This document shows, in pieces, positions 11,943-24,984 of a stretch of DNA of 64,000 nt. The DNA comes from Leucoraja erinacea (lineage: Eukaryota), in assembly GCF_028641065.1 (NCBI RefSeq), contig NC_073389.1, positions 20,150,001 to 20,214,000 on the forward strand, given 5' to 3'. The position numbers and the translations under genes were made by a program. The notes beneath the pieces were generated by a model. The model searched no databases. It was not told the DNA's origin and worked only from the letters and a program-made list of their open reading frames with translations. Each line of letters starts with the position of its first letter. Within the stretch, counting starts at the first letter, position 1.

Positions 11943-12075
11943 CTTCTTCTTGCATATGGCGTGCACAGCCTAAAGTTGTAGGACAACTTGTTCTATTTGA
12001 TCTTTATGTGCACACCGGGTTGATTGCATTCGTCGAAGCAGAGCAGACCACATCAAGGTTGCAATCTTCCACCCC
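11943..12075 (-). mobile_element. Short non-autonomous retroelement (Ingi/Vingi-like) inserted in a CR1 fragment
   Basis: Starts GGGGTGG, ends ...GCCATATGC(AAG)3; flanked by near-identical AAGATAGGGT (11933-11942) and AAGATAAGGT (12077-12086); CR1 sequence continues on both sides. Confidence 0.7.
12023..12075 (-). ncRNA. HDV-like self-cleaving ribozyme fold (decayed copy)
   Basis: P1 GGGGUGG/CUGCUCU (G1-U wobble), P2 AUUGCA/UGCAAU, P3 ACC/GGU, 7-nt L3, UUCG mini-P4, J4/2 CGAA. Confidence 0.65.
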
Positions 12076-12867
12076 AAAGATAAGGTGGGCCATCAGAATA
12101 TTTTTCCTTGGATAGTAATGTCAAAAACTAGAAGGCATAGCTTTAAGATAAGGGCAAGGTCTAAAGGAGATGTGGGGGCAAGTTTATTTGTGCTGTGAGT
12201 CCGAGAGTCCGCTGGGTGCCTGGAATGAGCTTCCAGGGGTGGCGATGGAGCCTCAGATACGTTTGTCTTTTGGATAGGCACGTTGAAATGCAGGGAATGG
12301 AGGAATATGCATCACGGGGTCACATGGAGAACATACAAACTTCATGTAGACAGCACCCGCAGTCAGGATTGAACCCGGGCCTCTGCATTGTAAGGCAGCA
12401 ACTCTACCGCTGCACCACTGTGGTGCCTCCTCTTCCTGTCCTGCAGAAGTCATTACTGTCCACTCTGTAATATATTTTCAAACTTCTCATCAGCTGACTA
12501 TCATGCATCACTGCCTGAAGCGGAATGCACTGCCCAAAATATAAGATTGTACAACCGTTAATACAAAAGAGTTTTAATGTCTCCTTTAATTTATTACTAG
12601 CTAAGGGCTGTAAATGTAATGGGCTATTTTATGCATATTGAGGAATACAGTTTAATATGATGAATATGTGACTGCAAGCTAGGGACTGTTGTGCCATCTG
12701 GATTTTCTAACCCAGAAATATATACAAATAAGGATAACAAACATATAAATCGCAAAGTTGCTATTTCCATGCAGTAGCTTTTAATACAGAAACATTGCCG
12801 TTACAGAGAACCATGATAAGTCAGCTATTATGCAACTCCTTCTATTCTTCACTCAGCCTCCACTAAC

Positions 12868-13126
12868 GGCATGGTGGTGCAGCAGTAGAGACCAATCCTG
12901 ACTACGGGTGCTGTCTGCACTGAGTTTGTACATTCTCCCCGTGACTGCGTCGGTTTCCCACCTCTGCTCCGGTTTCCTCCCGACGTGCAGGTTTGTAGGT
13001 TAATTGGCTCAGGTAAAAATTGTGAATTGTTTCCTGGTTTGTAGGATAGTGCTAGCGTCGCTGGTCAACGCAGACTCAGTGGGCCAATGGGGCAATTTCT
13101 GTACTGTATGTCTAAACTAAACTAAA
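12868..13126 (+). mobile_element. V-SINE
   Basis: Head (partly deleted), V-domain, tail. Confidence 0.8.
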
Positions 13127-13379
13127 CCAAGCTAATAAGCATTTGCACTGCTGAGGCATTCCTCTGGAACTGGCATTTCTGCTTTATTTTTTTAATTTGT
13201 GGCTATGTGGTAGTGATTTGTATTTTTAAAAGAAAGGGTATTTTCTTAACTATTCTCCAGCCAAGAAGTCCACGACAGCAAACAGAATCAATACTGGGTA
13301 CTCCCCAATTCTCGCCTGTAGCTCTCTGTAAAAGCAACCAGTTAATCCTCCTCCCCAATCCTTTTCTCATATCACTGCA

Positions 13380-13870
13380 TTTTTTTTTTCCTTTGAGATA
13401 CTTATCCAGATCCATTTGGAATACTCAGTTGAATCCACCTCCACTGCAGACCCTGGAGGTGCAAACCAGACTCAGATTCCCTGCATGAAAGATTCATATT
13501 GCATTTATCTTTTTTTATTGGCCATCATTCTCTGTCCCCTGGCTCTTGACCTTCTGCCAAAGGGAGCAGTCTCTCTTCCCCATCTATCCCTCAGTTTCAA
13601 TTACATCTGTCAGATTGCCTCACAACTTCCTCTGTTCCAAAGTAAAGTACCTCTTCCACAAAGACTACTCAGATATCTCTAATCCCTCATGTCCATAGAC
13701 TTCTTCTGACAAATCTCTTGTACAGCCTTTCCAAAGCCTGCACATATCTTCTGAAGAACTGTACCCAGAAATCTACTTGAGGCTGAACCACTGTTTGAGA
13801 AAGGTTCATCATGACTTCCTTGCTTTTGTCCACTCTACATCTGTTTACAAAGGCCATTAATAGCCTTTCA
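13380..13870 (-). mobile_element. Old degenerate CR1 LINE 3' fragment
   Basis: Residual similarity to CR1 ORF2 end and UTR (ctctgtcccctggctcttgacc, cttcctctgttccaaag, ttcatcatgacttccttgc). Confidence 0.5.
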
Positions 13871-14305
13871 GTTATACTGTGGTATTACATTTTAACCTGC
13901 ATGTCTTTGGAAAATGGGAAAAAACCGTAGCACCTTGAGACAACCCATGCATGTCATGGAGAGGACGTACAAAATCCGTACATACAGAACCCACAGTCTG
14001 GATTGATCCCGGGACACTGGCACTGTAAGGCAGCAACTCTATCGTTGCGCCACCATGTTCTTTTAGTCTTCTTCGTCTTCTGACCAAAAATGTAACCAGT
14101 CACTTTTTTTTGGATTAAAGTTCATATGCATGCTCCACTAGCCTGCCTATGTCTCATTGATAAATACAAAAAAAGCTGGAGTAACTTTTGGACAGCATCT
14201 CTAGAGAAAAGGAATAGGTGACGTTTAAGATTGAGACCCTTCTTCAGACTGATATGCTTCCTTGATGTATGTTAGCTTCCTCCTCACAATTCATTGCACA
14301 TCCAG

Positions 14306-15155
14306 TTCAAGATTCAAGATTCAAGATTCAATTTAATTGTCATTTGGACCCCTTGAGGTCCAAACAAAATGCCGTTTCTGCAGCCATACATTACAAACAA
14401 ATAGACCCAAGACACAACGTAATTTACATAAACATCCATCACATTGCTGTGATGGAAGGCCAAAAAAAACTTATCTCTCCACTGCACTCTCCTCCCCCCC
14501 CCGATGTCAAAGTCAAAGCCCCCGGCTGGCGATGGCGATTGTCCCGCAGCCATTAAAGCCATGCCGGGTGATGCAGGGTCGCACACCGGGTCTTGGTGTT
14601 AGAGCCCCCGGCGTGCGCTCGCAGAGTTCTGCGGCCATTCCAAGCCGCGCGGGGCGGTGATGTCAGGCCCCGCTCCAGGAGCTCTTCAACCCCGCAACTC
14701 GGGCGGGAGAAGTCGCCGTTGCAGGAGCCCTGAAAAGCGGTCTCCCTCCAGGGACCCGCGGGCTCCCGGTGCCGCCGTCCGCCAGACCCGCAGTTGCAGC
14801 CTCCGAATCTCCGGAGGTCGGGCCACAGCAGCAGCAGCGCTCCACCACCGCTCCACCCGCTCCGGACTCGGCCAGCTCCGCGACGGTGAGGTGAGTCGTC
14901 GGCACCAGAGTCCCCGGTCTTCTCCTGTTGGAGGCCGCTCCTCGTTGCAGCCCCAACGACAACGGAGACCCGACAAGAAAAGGTTGGGTCTCCCGTGCAG
15001 GGAGAGATTTAAAAGTTACCCCCTCCCTCCCCACACACACCCCACACACACCCCAACAAAAAAAAACAAAAACTACATAGAAACATAGACAAAAAATAAT
15101 AAAAACGCGGACGGGCTGCAGAGGCCGCTGCTGACGAGAGTCGCGCCGCCTACCG
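14306..15155 (-). mobile_element. GC-rich non-autonomous retroelement, type A copy 1 (Rex1/Babar-like tail)
   Basis: Highly similar to the reverse complement of 17638-18474; ends atgacaattaaattg(aatcttg)n; no tRNA head and no credible ORF. Confidence 0.8.
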
Positions 15156-16689
15156 CGCGACTTGGGTCATTGACAGTTGGGTCATTGGCAAATTTGGAAA
15201 TTGTGCCATGTGTATCAACATCCAAATGACTCGCATATTTCCTTGATAAAAAACATTGGAGCTCATACCAAACCCTGGAGAGATCTACTGTGTGCTTAAC
15301 CTTTCAAGACAACCGCTTGTATCTTGTTATTCAGCCATTTTCTAATCCATGTGGCGACAGACATTTTTATTTGATAGCTTTCATTCTTGATGACTAGAAT
15401 ATTATGTCAAATCTTATCAATTGCCCTTTAGAAGTCTCTGTATCTCATGGGAACAGCATGACTACCATTAAGCATCTTTGACATTGAACAAACAAAAGTC
15501 ACAAACAAGATGCACCATATATAATCCTATTAGATGGATTTATCTTTAACATCAATGATTCAATGGTTCTTTATTATTACATGTACAGACATAGTGAAAT
15601 TCTTTTTTTTGGATACAATTCGGTAAAGTATTGCGATACCTAAGCATAATTCCCCGATTGGTACAAAGTGTATAAAAATAGTCCACTGAGAACGCATGCA
15701 AGAGTTGCCAGGTTTTGCCGCCCATTTCAAAGTCCAGTCTGGTCCATGAACTGGGTCTCTGGAGTGGTGCTCGATCCAGGTGAGCCCCAGGCTGCAGCAG
15801 GGCCTCCAGCCGTCGCCTCCGTGCGGTTCGTCCACCGAACCGTCGTTCTGTTCCTCGCCCACCCGACCACCTTCAGCCTTTGTTCCCCGGGGGCACCTCC
15901 AGCAGCTGACCTTGAGGACGCTGTAGGTAAGACCCTGTTTTTTTTCTCTTCATTAGTGTAGGTGTCAGAGGTTATGGGGAAAGGGCAAGAGAATAGGGTT
16001 AGGAGGGAGAGATAGATCAGGCAAGTTTCAATGGCAGAGTAGACTTGACGGGCCGATTCTCATGCTACCTTTCCCTTATCAATACGCATCTGTCCAGGTG
16101 ACTGCTCGTCCAATCCCTGGTTATTATTGCTTAAGTTCTCCCCATCACAAAGGTTGAAATGACTGACCTGCAGTTGCTGAGTTTATCACAACAGCATATT
16201 TTAACAAGGGGATAAAATTTGCAGTTTTGTAGATCACACGACCAAAGGATTCTGGCTAACATGCAGAAATGAAAGGATAACGTGTCTTTGAATTTGGCTC
16301 CACCAAATCTCTCCATCAATGTGATATTGCACTACCTGAACTAAAATATATTTTGTCTCACAATATCAAATGCAGCTTGTGTTTGACTAGATATTAAATG
16401 TTTCAGTACTTTGAGTTCTTGTGTGAACCTAGTAATAAAGTGAATGTTTTCCATGAATATTACTTGATTTGATAATTGTGTGGTGAGGATAACCTGCATA
16501 AACAGATAGCATTGCAGTTGGGTTCTTCCTTGTGATGCTTTTGTTCTTCAGACATATTTCCATTCTGGTTTACAAAAGAGATGCTCAAGTAGAACCCTTG
16601 TGGGTCAGAAGCAAAACTATTTAACCAAATCAAATTTGTGCTGAAAATGGTATTTAAAAAGTGAGTAGTACTGCAAGTAATTTGAACAG

Positions 16690-17430
16690 AACTGCATATT
16701 TTGCTTGGGCAGCTTACAACCCAGCAGTATAAATTTTGATGTTTCTAACCAAGTAATCTTTGCATCCATCCCCTCTCTGTCCATCCCTCCCCCACCCAAG
16801 TCGTACTAGCTTCAAAGTTGTCCCATTGTCTGAAACTTGTTTTCACCTTGCACACAGCTAACAATGGCCTGCTTCCTTTATTTATCATTATTTTTGTGTA
16901 TTTTTGTGTATATCTTTCATTCATTTGTTCTATACCTCTAAAAGTCAAAGTCAATTTTATTCGTCACATAGACCAGAAGGTGCAGTGAAATGAATTTGCC
17001 AGCAGCGATACACTTAAAAAGAACACACAATACACAATAAGATTTAACACAAACATCCACCACAGCATTCTTTACTGTGGTGGAAGGCAACAAAGTTCAG
17101 CTAGTCGTCCTCCTTGTTCACCCATGGTCGGGGCCATAAACCCTCCGTAGTCGCCACTACGGACAGCCCGATGTACAGGCCCTCTCGTCCGGATGATTGA
17201 AACTCGGACGTCGGGACAGTCGAACACACTCTGCTGCTTGGAGGTCCCGAATCGTCACGTTCCTACCGGAGACCGCGGCTTCAGGAGCTATATCACAGTC
17301 TATATCTCTCGTTTACCTTTCCCCTGACTCTCAGTGTGAAGAAGGGCCTCAACCCGATAAATCATCTATTCCTTTTCTCCAGAAATGCTGTCTGACCCAC
17401 TTAGTTACTCCAGATTTTTGTATCTATCTG
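16690..17430 (+). mobile_element. Penelope 3' fragment interrupted by a type B element at 16940-17286
   Basis: ttttgcttgggcagcttacaacccagc (F.LGSLQP), then the UTR, resuming at 17288 with a decayed hammerhead motif. Confidence 0.75.
16940..17286 (-). mobile_element. GC-rich non-autonomous retroelement, type B, 5'-truncated
   Basis: Matches the 3' part of 34903-35696 in reverse complement; (tttgac)n tail. Confidence 0.75.
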
Positions 17431-17458
17431 CTGTTTGATGATTGTGATCATTGAAGAG

Positions 17459-18586
17459 GGTGGCACAGTGGCGTCTCACCCAGCGCTAGAGACCCAGGTT
17501 TGATCCTGACCTCAGGTAGTGTCTGTGTGGGGTTTGCACATTCTCCCTGTGCAGCATTGGTTTCCCCTGAGTGCTCCGGTATCTCACAAATCCCAAAGGC
17601 ATGCGGGTGTTTACGTTAATTGCCCTCTAATTGCATCCGGTAGGCGGCGCGACTCTGGTCAGCAGCGGCCTCTGCAGCCTGTCCGCGTTTTTATTATTTT
17701 TTGTCTATGTTTCTATGTAGTTTTTGTTATTTTTTGTTGGGGTGTGTGTGTGGGGGGGTGGGAGGGAGGGGGCAACTTTTAAATCTCTCCCTGCACGGGA
17801 GACCCAACCTTTTCTTGTCGGGTCTCAGTTGTCGTTGGGGCTGCAACGAGGAGCGGCCTCCAACAGAAGAAGCCGGGGACTCTGGTGCAGACTCACCTCA
17901 CCGTCGCGGAGCTGGCCGAGTCCGGAGCGGGGTGGAGCGCTGCTGGAGCGCTGCTGCTGCTGATGCGGAGGCTGCAACTGCGGGTCTGCGGATGGCGGCA
18001 CCGGGAGCCCGTGGGTCCCTGGAGGGAGACCGCTTTTCAGGGCTCATGCAACGGCGACTTCTCCCGCCCGAGTTGCGGGGTTGAAGAGCTCCTGGAGCGG
18101 GGCCTGACATCACCGCCCCGCGCGGCTTGGAATGGCCGCGGGACTCTGCGAGAGCACGCCGGGGGCTCTAACACCAAGACCCGGTGTGCGATCTTGCACC
18201 ACCCGGCGTGGCTTTAATGGCCGTGGGACAATCGCCATCGCCAGCCGGGGGCTTTGACTTTGACTCTGACATCGGGGGGGGGGGGGGGAGTGCAGTGGAG
18301 AGATGTTTTTTTTGGCCTTCCATCACAGCAATGTGATGGATGTTTATGTAAAATGTAAATTATGTTGTGTCTGTGGTCTATTAGTTTGTAATGTATGGCT
18401 GCAGAAACGGCATTTCGTTTGGACCTCCAGGGGTCCAAATGACAATTAAATTGACTATTGACTATTGACTATTGTAAATTGCCCCTAATTTGTAGGGATT
18501 AAATGCAAAAGTGGGAAAGCAAAGAACTGGTGTGAATGGACACAGTGAGCAACAGGGCATGTTTCTATGCTGTATCTTTCAATTAA
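17459..18586 (+). mobile_element. V-SINE split by type A copy 2 (halves 17459-17634 and 18474-18586)
   Basis: gttaattgccctct | insert | gtaaattgcccctaa is continuous SINE sequence. Confidence 0.75.
17638..18474 (+). mobile_element. GC-rich non-autonomous retroelement, type A copy 2
   Basis: Same 5' start (cggtaggcggcgcgactct) as copy 1; tail atttcgtttggacc...ggtccaaatgacaattaaa(ttgacta)n. Confidence 0.8.
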
Positions 18587-19479
18587 AAATACGACCTTGT
18601 TCATTGTATACACAATGTTACAGTGTTGCATTGTAAAATATGACTGCGAATGATTATTCTCTGATGAGTTTATGCTAGCTTTTGTTAAGAATGCTTATTT
18701 GAATTACACAAGAGCTAGTAAAAGCATGACACTATTACATATAATAAAAAGATAATACTCCTTGAATATTAACCAAAAGGACACAAAGTGCTGGAGTAAA
18801 TGTGGGCCAGGCAGCATCTCTGGACATCATGGATAAGTGATGTTTCACGTCAGGACCCTTCTTCAGAATGTTAAGCATTTCTTCTTTTGTTTCGCCAACC
18901 ATATTTAGAGATTAACAAGCAAATAATAAGCAAATTAAGAAATAAAAAGGCCAAGCTGTAGAAATAGAGGATATAGGTGATACTACTGCATATGGGAAAT
19001 AAAACATGGGTCAGCATGTTCAAAGGATTTATGCCTGGAGGAAATGTGGGAGCAAAATTATTTTTTTGCATTGTGGAATGTGATTATAACAGAGTTGAAT
19101 CATGCCCTGCTGGAAATTCAATGTGGAAGAAGTGTGTATGAAGGAACGGCGAATGCAGGTTTAAACCAAAGATAGATACAAAATGCTGGAGTAACTTAGC
19201 GGATCAGGCAGCATCTCTGGAGCGAAGGAATGGGTGACGTCTCGGGGTCCAGACCCTTCATCGTAGAGCTTGGCTGAGTATTGCTTTCATGTGGATGATA
19301 CCTTGTTCTGTATTAGATGTCGTAACATATTTCTCATACAAAAATTATTCAGGTCATTGCCTGAAGAAAGCGGTCCCTGCGTTTCTGAAGTGTACCTGTC
19401 ATTAGACATTCTTAGACTCATGAGATTTTCACTACATTTCTTTGCTCTGTAATGGAATAGAATTTGAAGGGAACAAACA

Positions 19480-20017
19480 TGTTTGATCAGACTCTGGTAT
19501 CCCAGAACATGCTGGAATCGTGATTCGGTAGGACCTGCAGGCTTTGGAGAGGCTCCAGAGGAGGTTTATGAGATGAGCCCAGGAATGATTGGGTTAACAT
19601 ATGATGAGTGTTTGACGGCACTTGGTCTGTACTCGCTGGAGTTTAGAAGGATGAGGTGGAACGTACTGAATAGTGAAAGGCCTGAATCGAATGGGTGTGG
19701 AGAGGATGTTTCCACCAGTTGGAGAGTCTAGGACCAGACAGCACAGCCCTAGAATAGAATAACTTACCATTAGAAGGTTGATGAGGAGGGATTTCTTTAG
19801 TCAGAGGGTGGTGAGTCTGTGGAATTGATTACCACAGATGGTGTGGAGGCCAAGACATTGGGTATTTGTTGGAGATCGACAGTTTATTGATTAATAAAGG
19901 TTATGGGTCGAAGGCAGGAGAATGGGGTTGAAAGGGAAAGACAGATCAGCCATGACTGACTGGCGGAGGAGACTCGATGGGCTGAATGGCCTAATTCTGC
20001 TCCTATGATTTATGAAG
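19480..20017 (+). mobile_element. CR1/HER1 LINE 3' fragment
   Basis: PGMIGLTYDECLTALGLYSLEFRRMR; tail gatgggctgaatggcctaattctgctcctat. Confidence 0.85.
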
Positions 20018-20836
20018 TTATGAGATGAGTTTACTTACATCATCTGCTCTGGACCCCATAACCTCAATTTGCTTCTGGCCCTTAACCACAATTCTCTCAA
20101 TTTTTAAGGTTGCATTGTGACAACGCAACTCTTGACTCAACCAATCGCTGCTATTCAATGATCTAACGAGGTAATCAGCAGATGCATCTTTAAATTGGTA
20201 AATACCTGTACCTGTATTCCTCAATCAATAGCATTCAGCCATTTTACTGACCCCTGCCCTGATGTCATTGGTGAAGGAAAGGTCTTGCACTCATTCCTTC
20301 AGTGGCAATGGGAACCGGGGATGTTCGGCACCCCCTCATCGTCATCATTGCTCTGAGTGTGCCAGTTAGCATGGGTGAGATGTGGGAACTCTGGTACTGA
20401 AGTGATGATCTTGATGCAGCTGCTTCACAGCTTCAGCTGTTTGGTTCATTGTTGACCTGCAGTGCTGTCTAGTATGTGGAGTTTGTACATTCCCCCTGGG
20501 ACCTTGCAAGTTTACCCTTGGTGATCCAGATTCCAGCGTGGCTTTATTGTATTCATGCATAGTATGATTTGACTGGATAGCAAATAAACAAAGCTTTTGA
20601 TTGAATCTTGGTATGTGTGACAATAATATACCAATGCCAATATCAGTTTCTTCCAACAAGCCAAATAATATCGGTTGCTGGGTTAGTTTGATTTTATGAG
20701 TTGAGTGTTGGATGACTAGAGGGAGAATGAGGAGAGGGTTAAGAGGCATTTGTGTAAAATTTGGGATACTTAAGTGGGGGAAAGAATTTGATGGAATTGC
20801 TCTGAAGCTGGCATAGACTAAACAGATCAAATGGGA

Positions 20837-20962
20837 TCATATATATACATACATACACAGATACACATATATATTCAAACATATATATATATATATATAC
20901 ATACGGGCAGCATCTCTGGAGAGATGGTGTGTATGTATATACATATGTGTGTGTATGTATAT
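20837..20962. repeat. (TA)n/(CATA)n microsatellite cluster
   Basis: Direct reading. Confidence 0.9.
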
Positions 20963-22089
20963 AGGCGTACGTGAAAAGTGTGAAGAAGGGTCTCAACCCG
21001 AAAGGTCAACCATTCCTTTTCTCCAGAGATGCCACATGTTCTGCTGAGTTACTCCAGCATTCTGTGTCTATCTTATATTTATATATTTATATTTTAATTT
21101 ATATTTATATATAGAACACACACTTTTGCTACAGCTGGAATCTCCATGGCCTATAATCCTTTTCCCCAATTGTTTTCTTTAGTCCTCACGTTTATCTTTC
21201 TTTTCATTAGACCTTTAACATTTTGTGTTGAATTATTATTGTGAATAGTGTTAACCCATTTTGACTGGAACTGGTGTCTATCTTGGATTAGATAACATGA
21301 GACAACATCTGGATTTACTTATTTGGATCACAGTGGAGCAAATAATTGAAACTACAGCCCATTTTTGTTATGATCAATGTTCTCAACTTCAAGCAGTTAA
21401 AGTTGGTTGGGAGGAGATAATTTTCAAGAGGCAACAACACAACAAGAAGCCAGCCCTACATAACACCAAGTTCCAAGTGAAGGACTTGACTTGAGTCATT
21501 GCAGTATGAAGTACCCATTTCTCGTTTTCAATCATTTTTTTGTGATTGTTACATTTGATGCAGTAGGTTGCTTTATTCTTTAATCACAGATTGGCATTTT
21601 CCTAATTAAACCTTTTCTTAGTTTATTAGTAATGTGCAATCTCGTGCAATCAATCCCCGAAAATAAAAATAAAAGTTTTTTGTTGAATTAATATTTCAAC
21701 ATAGCTTGAAAGCGAATAAATGTAGCATCAATATTGATAAGCAGGAGATTTTAGGTGCGAATAATTGCAAATTTTCTAATCGTTTTCTGATGGGTCAATA
21801 TGGTGAAGATTAAATTAACTTGATTTTTACATTAATCTGCAACGTAATTTATGCAGGGCAATTTTTTCACACAGAGGGTGATGAGTGCCGTGAACGGGTT
21901 GCCAGCGGTGGTGGTTGAGGCAGATACGATAGTAGCATTTAAGAGACTTTTGGATAACCACATAACTGCATTGGAGGGATTTGGATAATGTGCAGGAAGA
22001 TAAAAGTTGGTTTTGGCATTTTGTTCAGCACAGACATCGTGGGACAAATGACCTGTTCATGTGGTTCAATGTTCTATGTTCATTGAGTC

Positions 22090-22550
22090 AGAATAGATTA
22101 GTTTCGTTTATTGCACAGTGAAAAGCTTTTGTTGCATACTAACCAGTCAGCGGAAAGACAATACATGATTACAGTCGAACCATCCACAATGGACAGATAC
22201 ATGATAAAGGGAATCTCCAATGGGGTAGATAGTAACTTAGGACCGCTCTCTAGTTGTTGATAGAATGGTTTAGTTGCCTGATAACAGCTGGGAAGAAACT
22301 GTCCCTGAATCTGGAGGTGTGCATTTTCCCCTCCTGCCTAATGGGAGAGGGGAGAAGAGGGAGTGACCAGGATGAGACTTATCCTTGATTATGCTGGTGT
22401 CCTTGCCGAGGCGTAAATTGAGTCAATGGAAGGGGAGGTTGGTCTGCGTTATGGTCTGGGCTGCGTCCACAATTCTCTGCAATTTATGGGGATCTTGGTT
22501 GGAACTGTTCTCAAACCATGCTGTGATGCACCACAGTAAAATGTTTTGTA
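22090..22550 (-). mobile_element. Rex1/Babar-type 3' fragment with deletions
   Basis: NILLWCITAWFENSS.QD.HKLQRIVDAAQTIT.T.LP plus UTR. Confidence 0.8.
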
Positions 22551-23297
22551 TGGCACTTAATAAATTACCTAATAAAACATGCAAGGTTAGGAAAATCTGG
22601 TTTAAAATGAAGTAAAGAAAACCACATTTGATTAGAGAGTAAAAAAATATCATGGGAAAATAATTGCATGTTTAAGGGGTATATGACGACAAGTTATGAT
22701 TAAGGAATTATGAACTTATGGTCATGAAACAAATCCCCTTGCGATTAGAGAGTTAAAGCACTTACATTCTGGATGCTAATCTATAGGAAAATGTCTTTGT
22801 AAGCTCTGAATGTCGGATGTAAAATTCAGCACATGGCCATGGGCATTAATGTTAGGAGTAGCAGGAAGAATTTTTTAAAATCCAGGTTATTTTATAATTA
22901 AGATGGCACTGACAATGTTTAAAATCAATCATGGTTCAAAGAAAGATACATTTGGATCAATTCCAGCTGAACCAAGCCTCCTGTAATAAAAAAATGCATT
23001 ACTTTGCATCCCTGGGTGACAGTGCACTTGAGGATGGAACACAGTAAATGCTGAAGCTAATGGGATGAATGGAAAAGTCATTTACATTGGGATTTGGATT
23101 CAGATTTGTGCCCATCGCCAAGACTGCTTTTCCCCGATGGGAGCGCAAACCTTAATCTTGACTTCAAGTGTTTCAAGCAAAATATCTGTCGTGGATTTCC
23201 TGTGCCTAGCGAGATAGGAGTGCCCATAATAGTTCTGTGGGCACAAAGATGATTTATTAACTAGCACAAAATAAACGTATTGCAATGGAAACCTAAT

Positions 23298-23835
23298 GCA
23301 GTAAACCATTATTAAAACAGAACATGGGCGGGGGGGGGGGGGGGGGGGGGGGTCCATTATTGCCGATTGTTCGCTGTAACCGAGTGTAAAAGAGACCCAA
23401 CACTAAAATTTAGGATGAGCAAGAGCTGCCTTTTTTTCAGCTCAAAGCCTTACCTACTCGAAGCTACAAAGCTCCAAGGTATCATTACAGCAATGTGTAA
23501 TAAGGAAATACAGATGCTGGTTTACACTGAAGATAGACACAAAATGCTGGAGTAACCCAGCAAGGCAGCCAGCATCTCCGAATAGAAGGAATGGATGCCA
23601 TTTCAGGTCGAGACCTTTCTTCAGACTGCGTCTATCAATATAGCAATACAGGTGTTGGCGGTGGTCGCTGGCGCGTCTGAGGAAGCCATGTGGGCCGGCG
23701 GTGGACTCAGCAGGCATGGCCTGGAAGTGGCCGGGGAGGCGGTGTTGGCCGGGGGTGACGTAGGTGGTCCAGCCTTGTGGTGAAGTTCTGTAGGACCGTC
23801 CGCTTTAACTGAAATCCATTATAAAGAGATCTGTA
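23298..23835. mobile_element. Degenerate pogo/Tigger-like MITE containing a poly-G run and a Penelope fragment
   Basis: cagtaaacc left end; gtccattatt/gttcgctgtaac and gtccgctttaac/atccattataa subterminal motifs. Confidence 0.4.
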
Positions 23836-24984
23836 AACACGATCCAAAACCACTTCCCAAGTCTACACACAGTTTCCAAAAGTAGCTTCATTAACTTGAA
23901 ATGCATCTTACCATTCTTGCATGTGTTGACATAGTAATATGGTTAACATATATAGCTTTTCACGTATTACACATTAATATATAGGTAAACGGTTCAAATG
24001 TTACCTGCAATATTTTAAGCCCTCTGTGTTTTTGGATGGTTTGCAATACTGTGACAATGTGACCACCATTTCCCTCCCTGTTCTTATTTATGCTGTCCCA
24101 CAAGGATTGTCTTTCCATCTCTTGTCCTGGTTCCCAATTTCTCAATTGTGAGAGCTGGCTCACTGTCAGCCAGTGCCATTTGCTTGTCATTTTGGACAGG
24201 GGATTTTCAGGCAGTTTTGAAATGAGAACTGAAGGTACAATGTAATAGAGGTCAGAAGTGATAGGGTCAGGTAAGATGTGATGAAGTACAGAGTTTAATG
24301 CTTCACCTTCATTCATTTGGACAGGGACAAGGATAGGAAACCTATCGAAGGATATGAATCAAATGAATGCAAATGGGACAAGAATCGATGGTCATCTTGA
24401 TCAGCGTTGTCGAGTTGGTCTGAAAGGCCTGTTTCTGTGGTGTATAATTTCATGGCTCTAATTCAAAGCAGTTAAAATCCAACTCGCACGAAAAAAGACT
24501 AAGCAAAGGAATGCTATTTCAAAGATACCAGTACTTCATAAATTGTAATTTTCCCCAATCTAAAATCAGTCAACCATAGAACTCTGAGTGCTGAGATTGA
24601 TTAAGAAGCATGACTGTTAATCAAGAGTGTGCTGTTGAGATAATTCTCGCATTTGGTTTGATGAGGTGAATCACACATACGTATATAAGTTAAATATCTA
24701 ATTTCATTTGGGTGCTGATTTGATGGTTGATAAAGTGTAACTAAAGACTGTGTCAATTTGAATCTGTTGTTTGATGGTGGTTTGGAGATGTCTAGTTGTT
24801 GCTGCTTACTTTCTTTATTTGTATCGGCAGGTTATACAATATTCAAGTTCACATTTGCATTTGCGCAAGCAGTTTGCTTCCACATTGGTTTAAATTGTTG
24901 CAAATTACTGCCAGGTACCTGAATCATTGAGTGTAATTTGCAGGGGCCGACATGATTGAACCGTGAGTGAAGTCACAAGCCTCT

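Noticed and set aside
14657-15088. Overlapping 90-170-aa ORFs in GC-rich elements (also 17701-18217, 34991-35472, 62903-63412)
   Set aside because: They are open on both strands because of high GC, are Arg/Pro/Ala/Gly-rich, show no domain motifs, and frames are not preserved between the two type A copies.
23327-23353. Poly-G run
   Set aside because: A homopolymer inside a degenerate MITE; its length is unreliable in assemblies.
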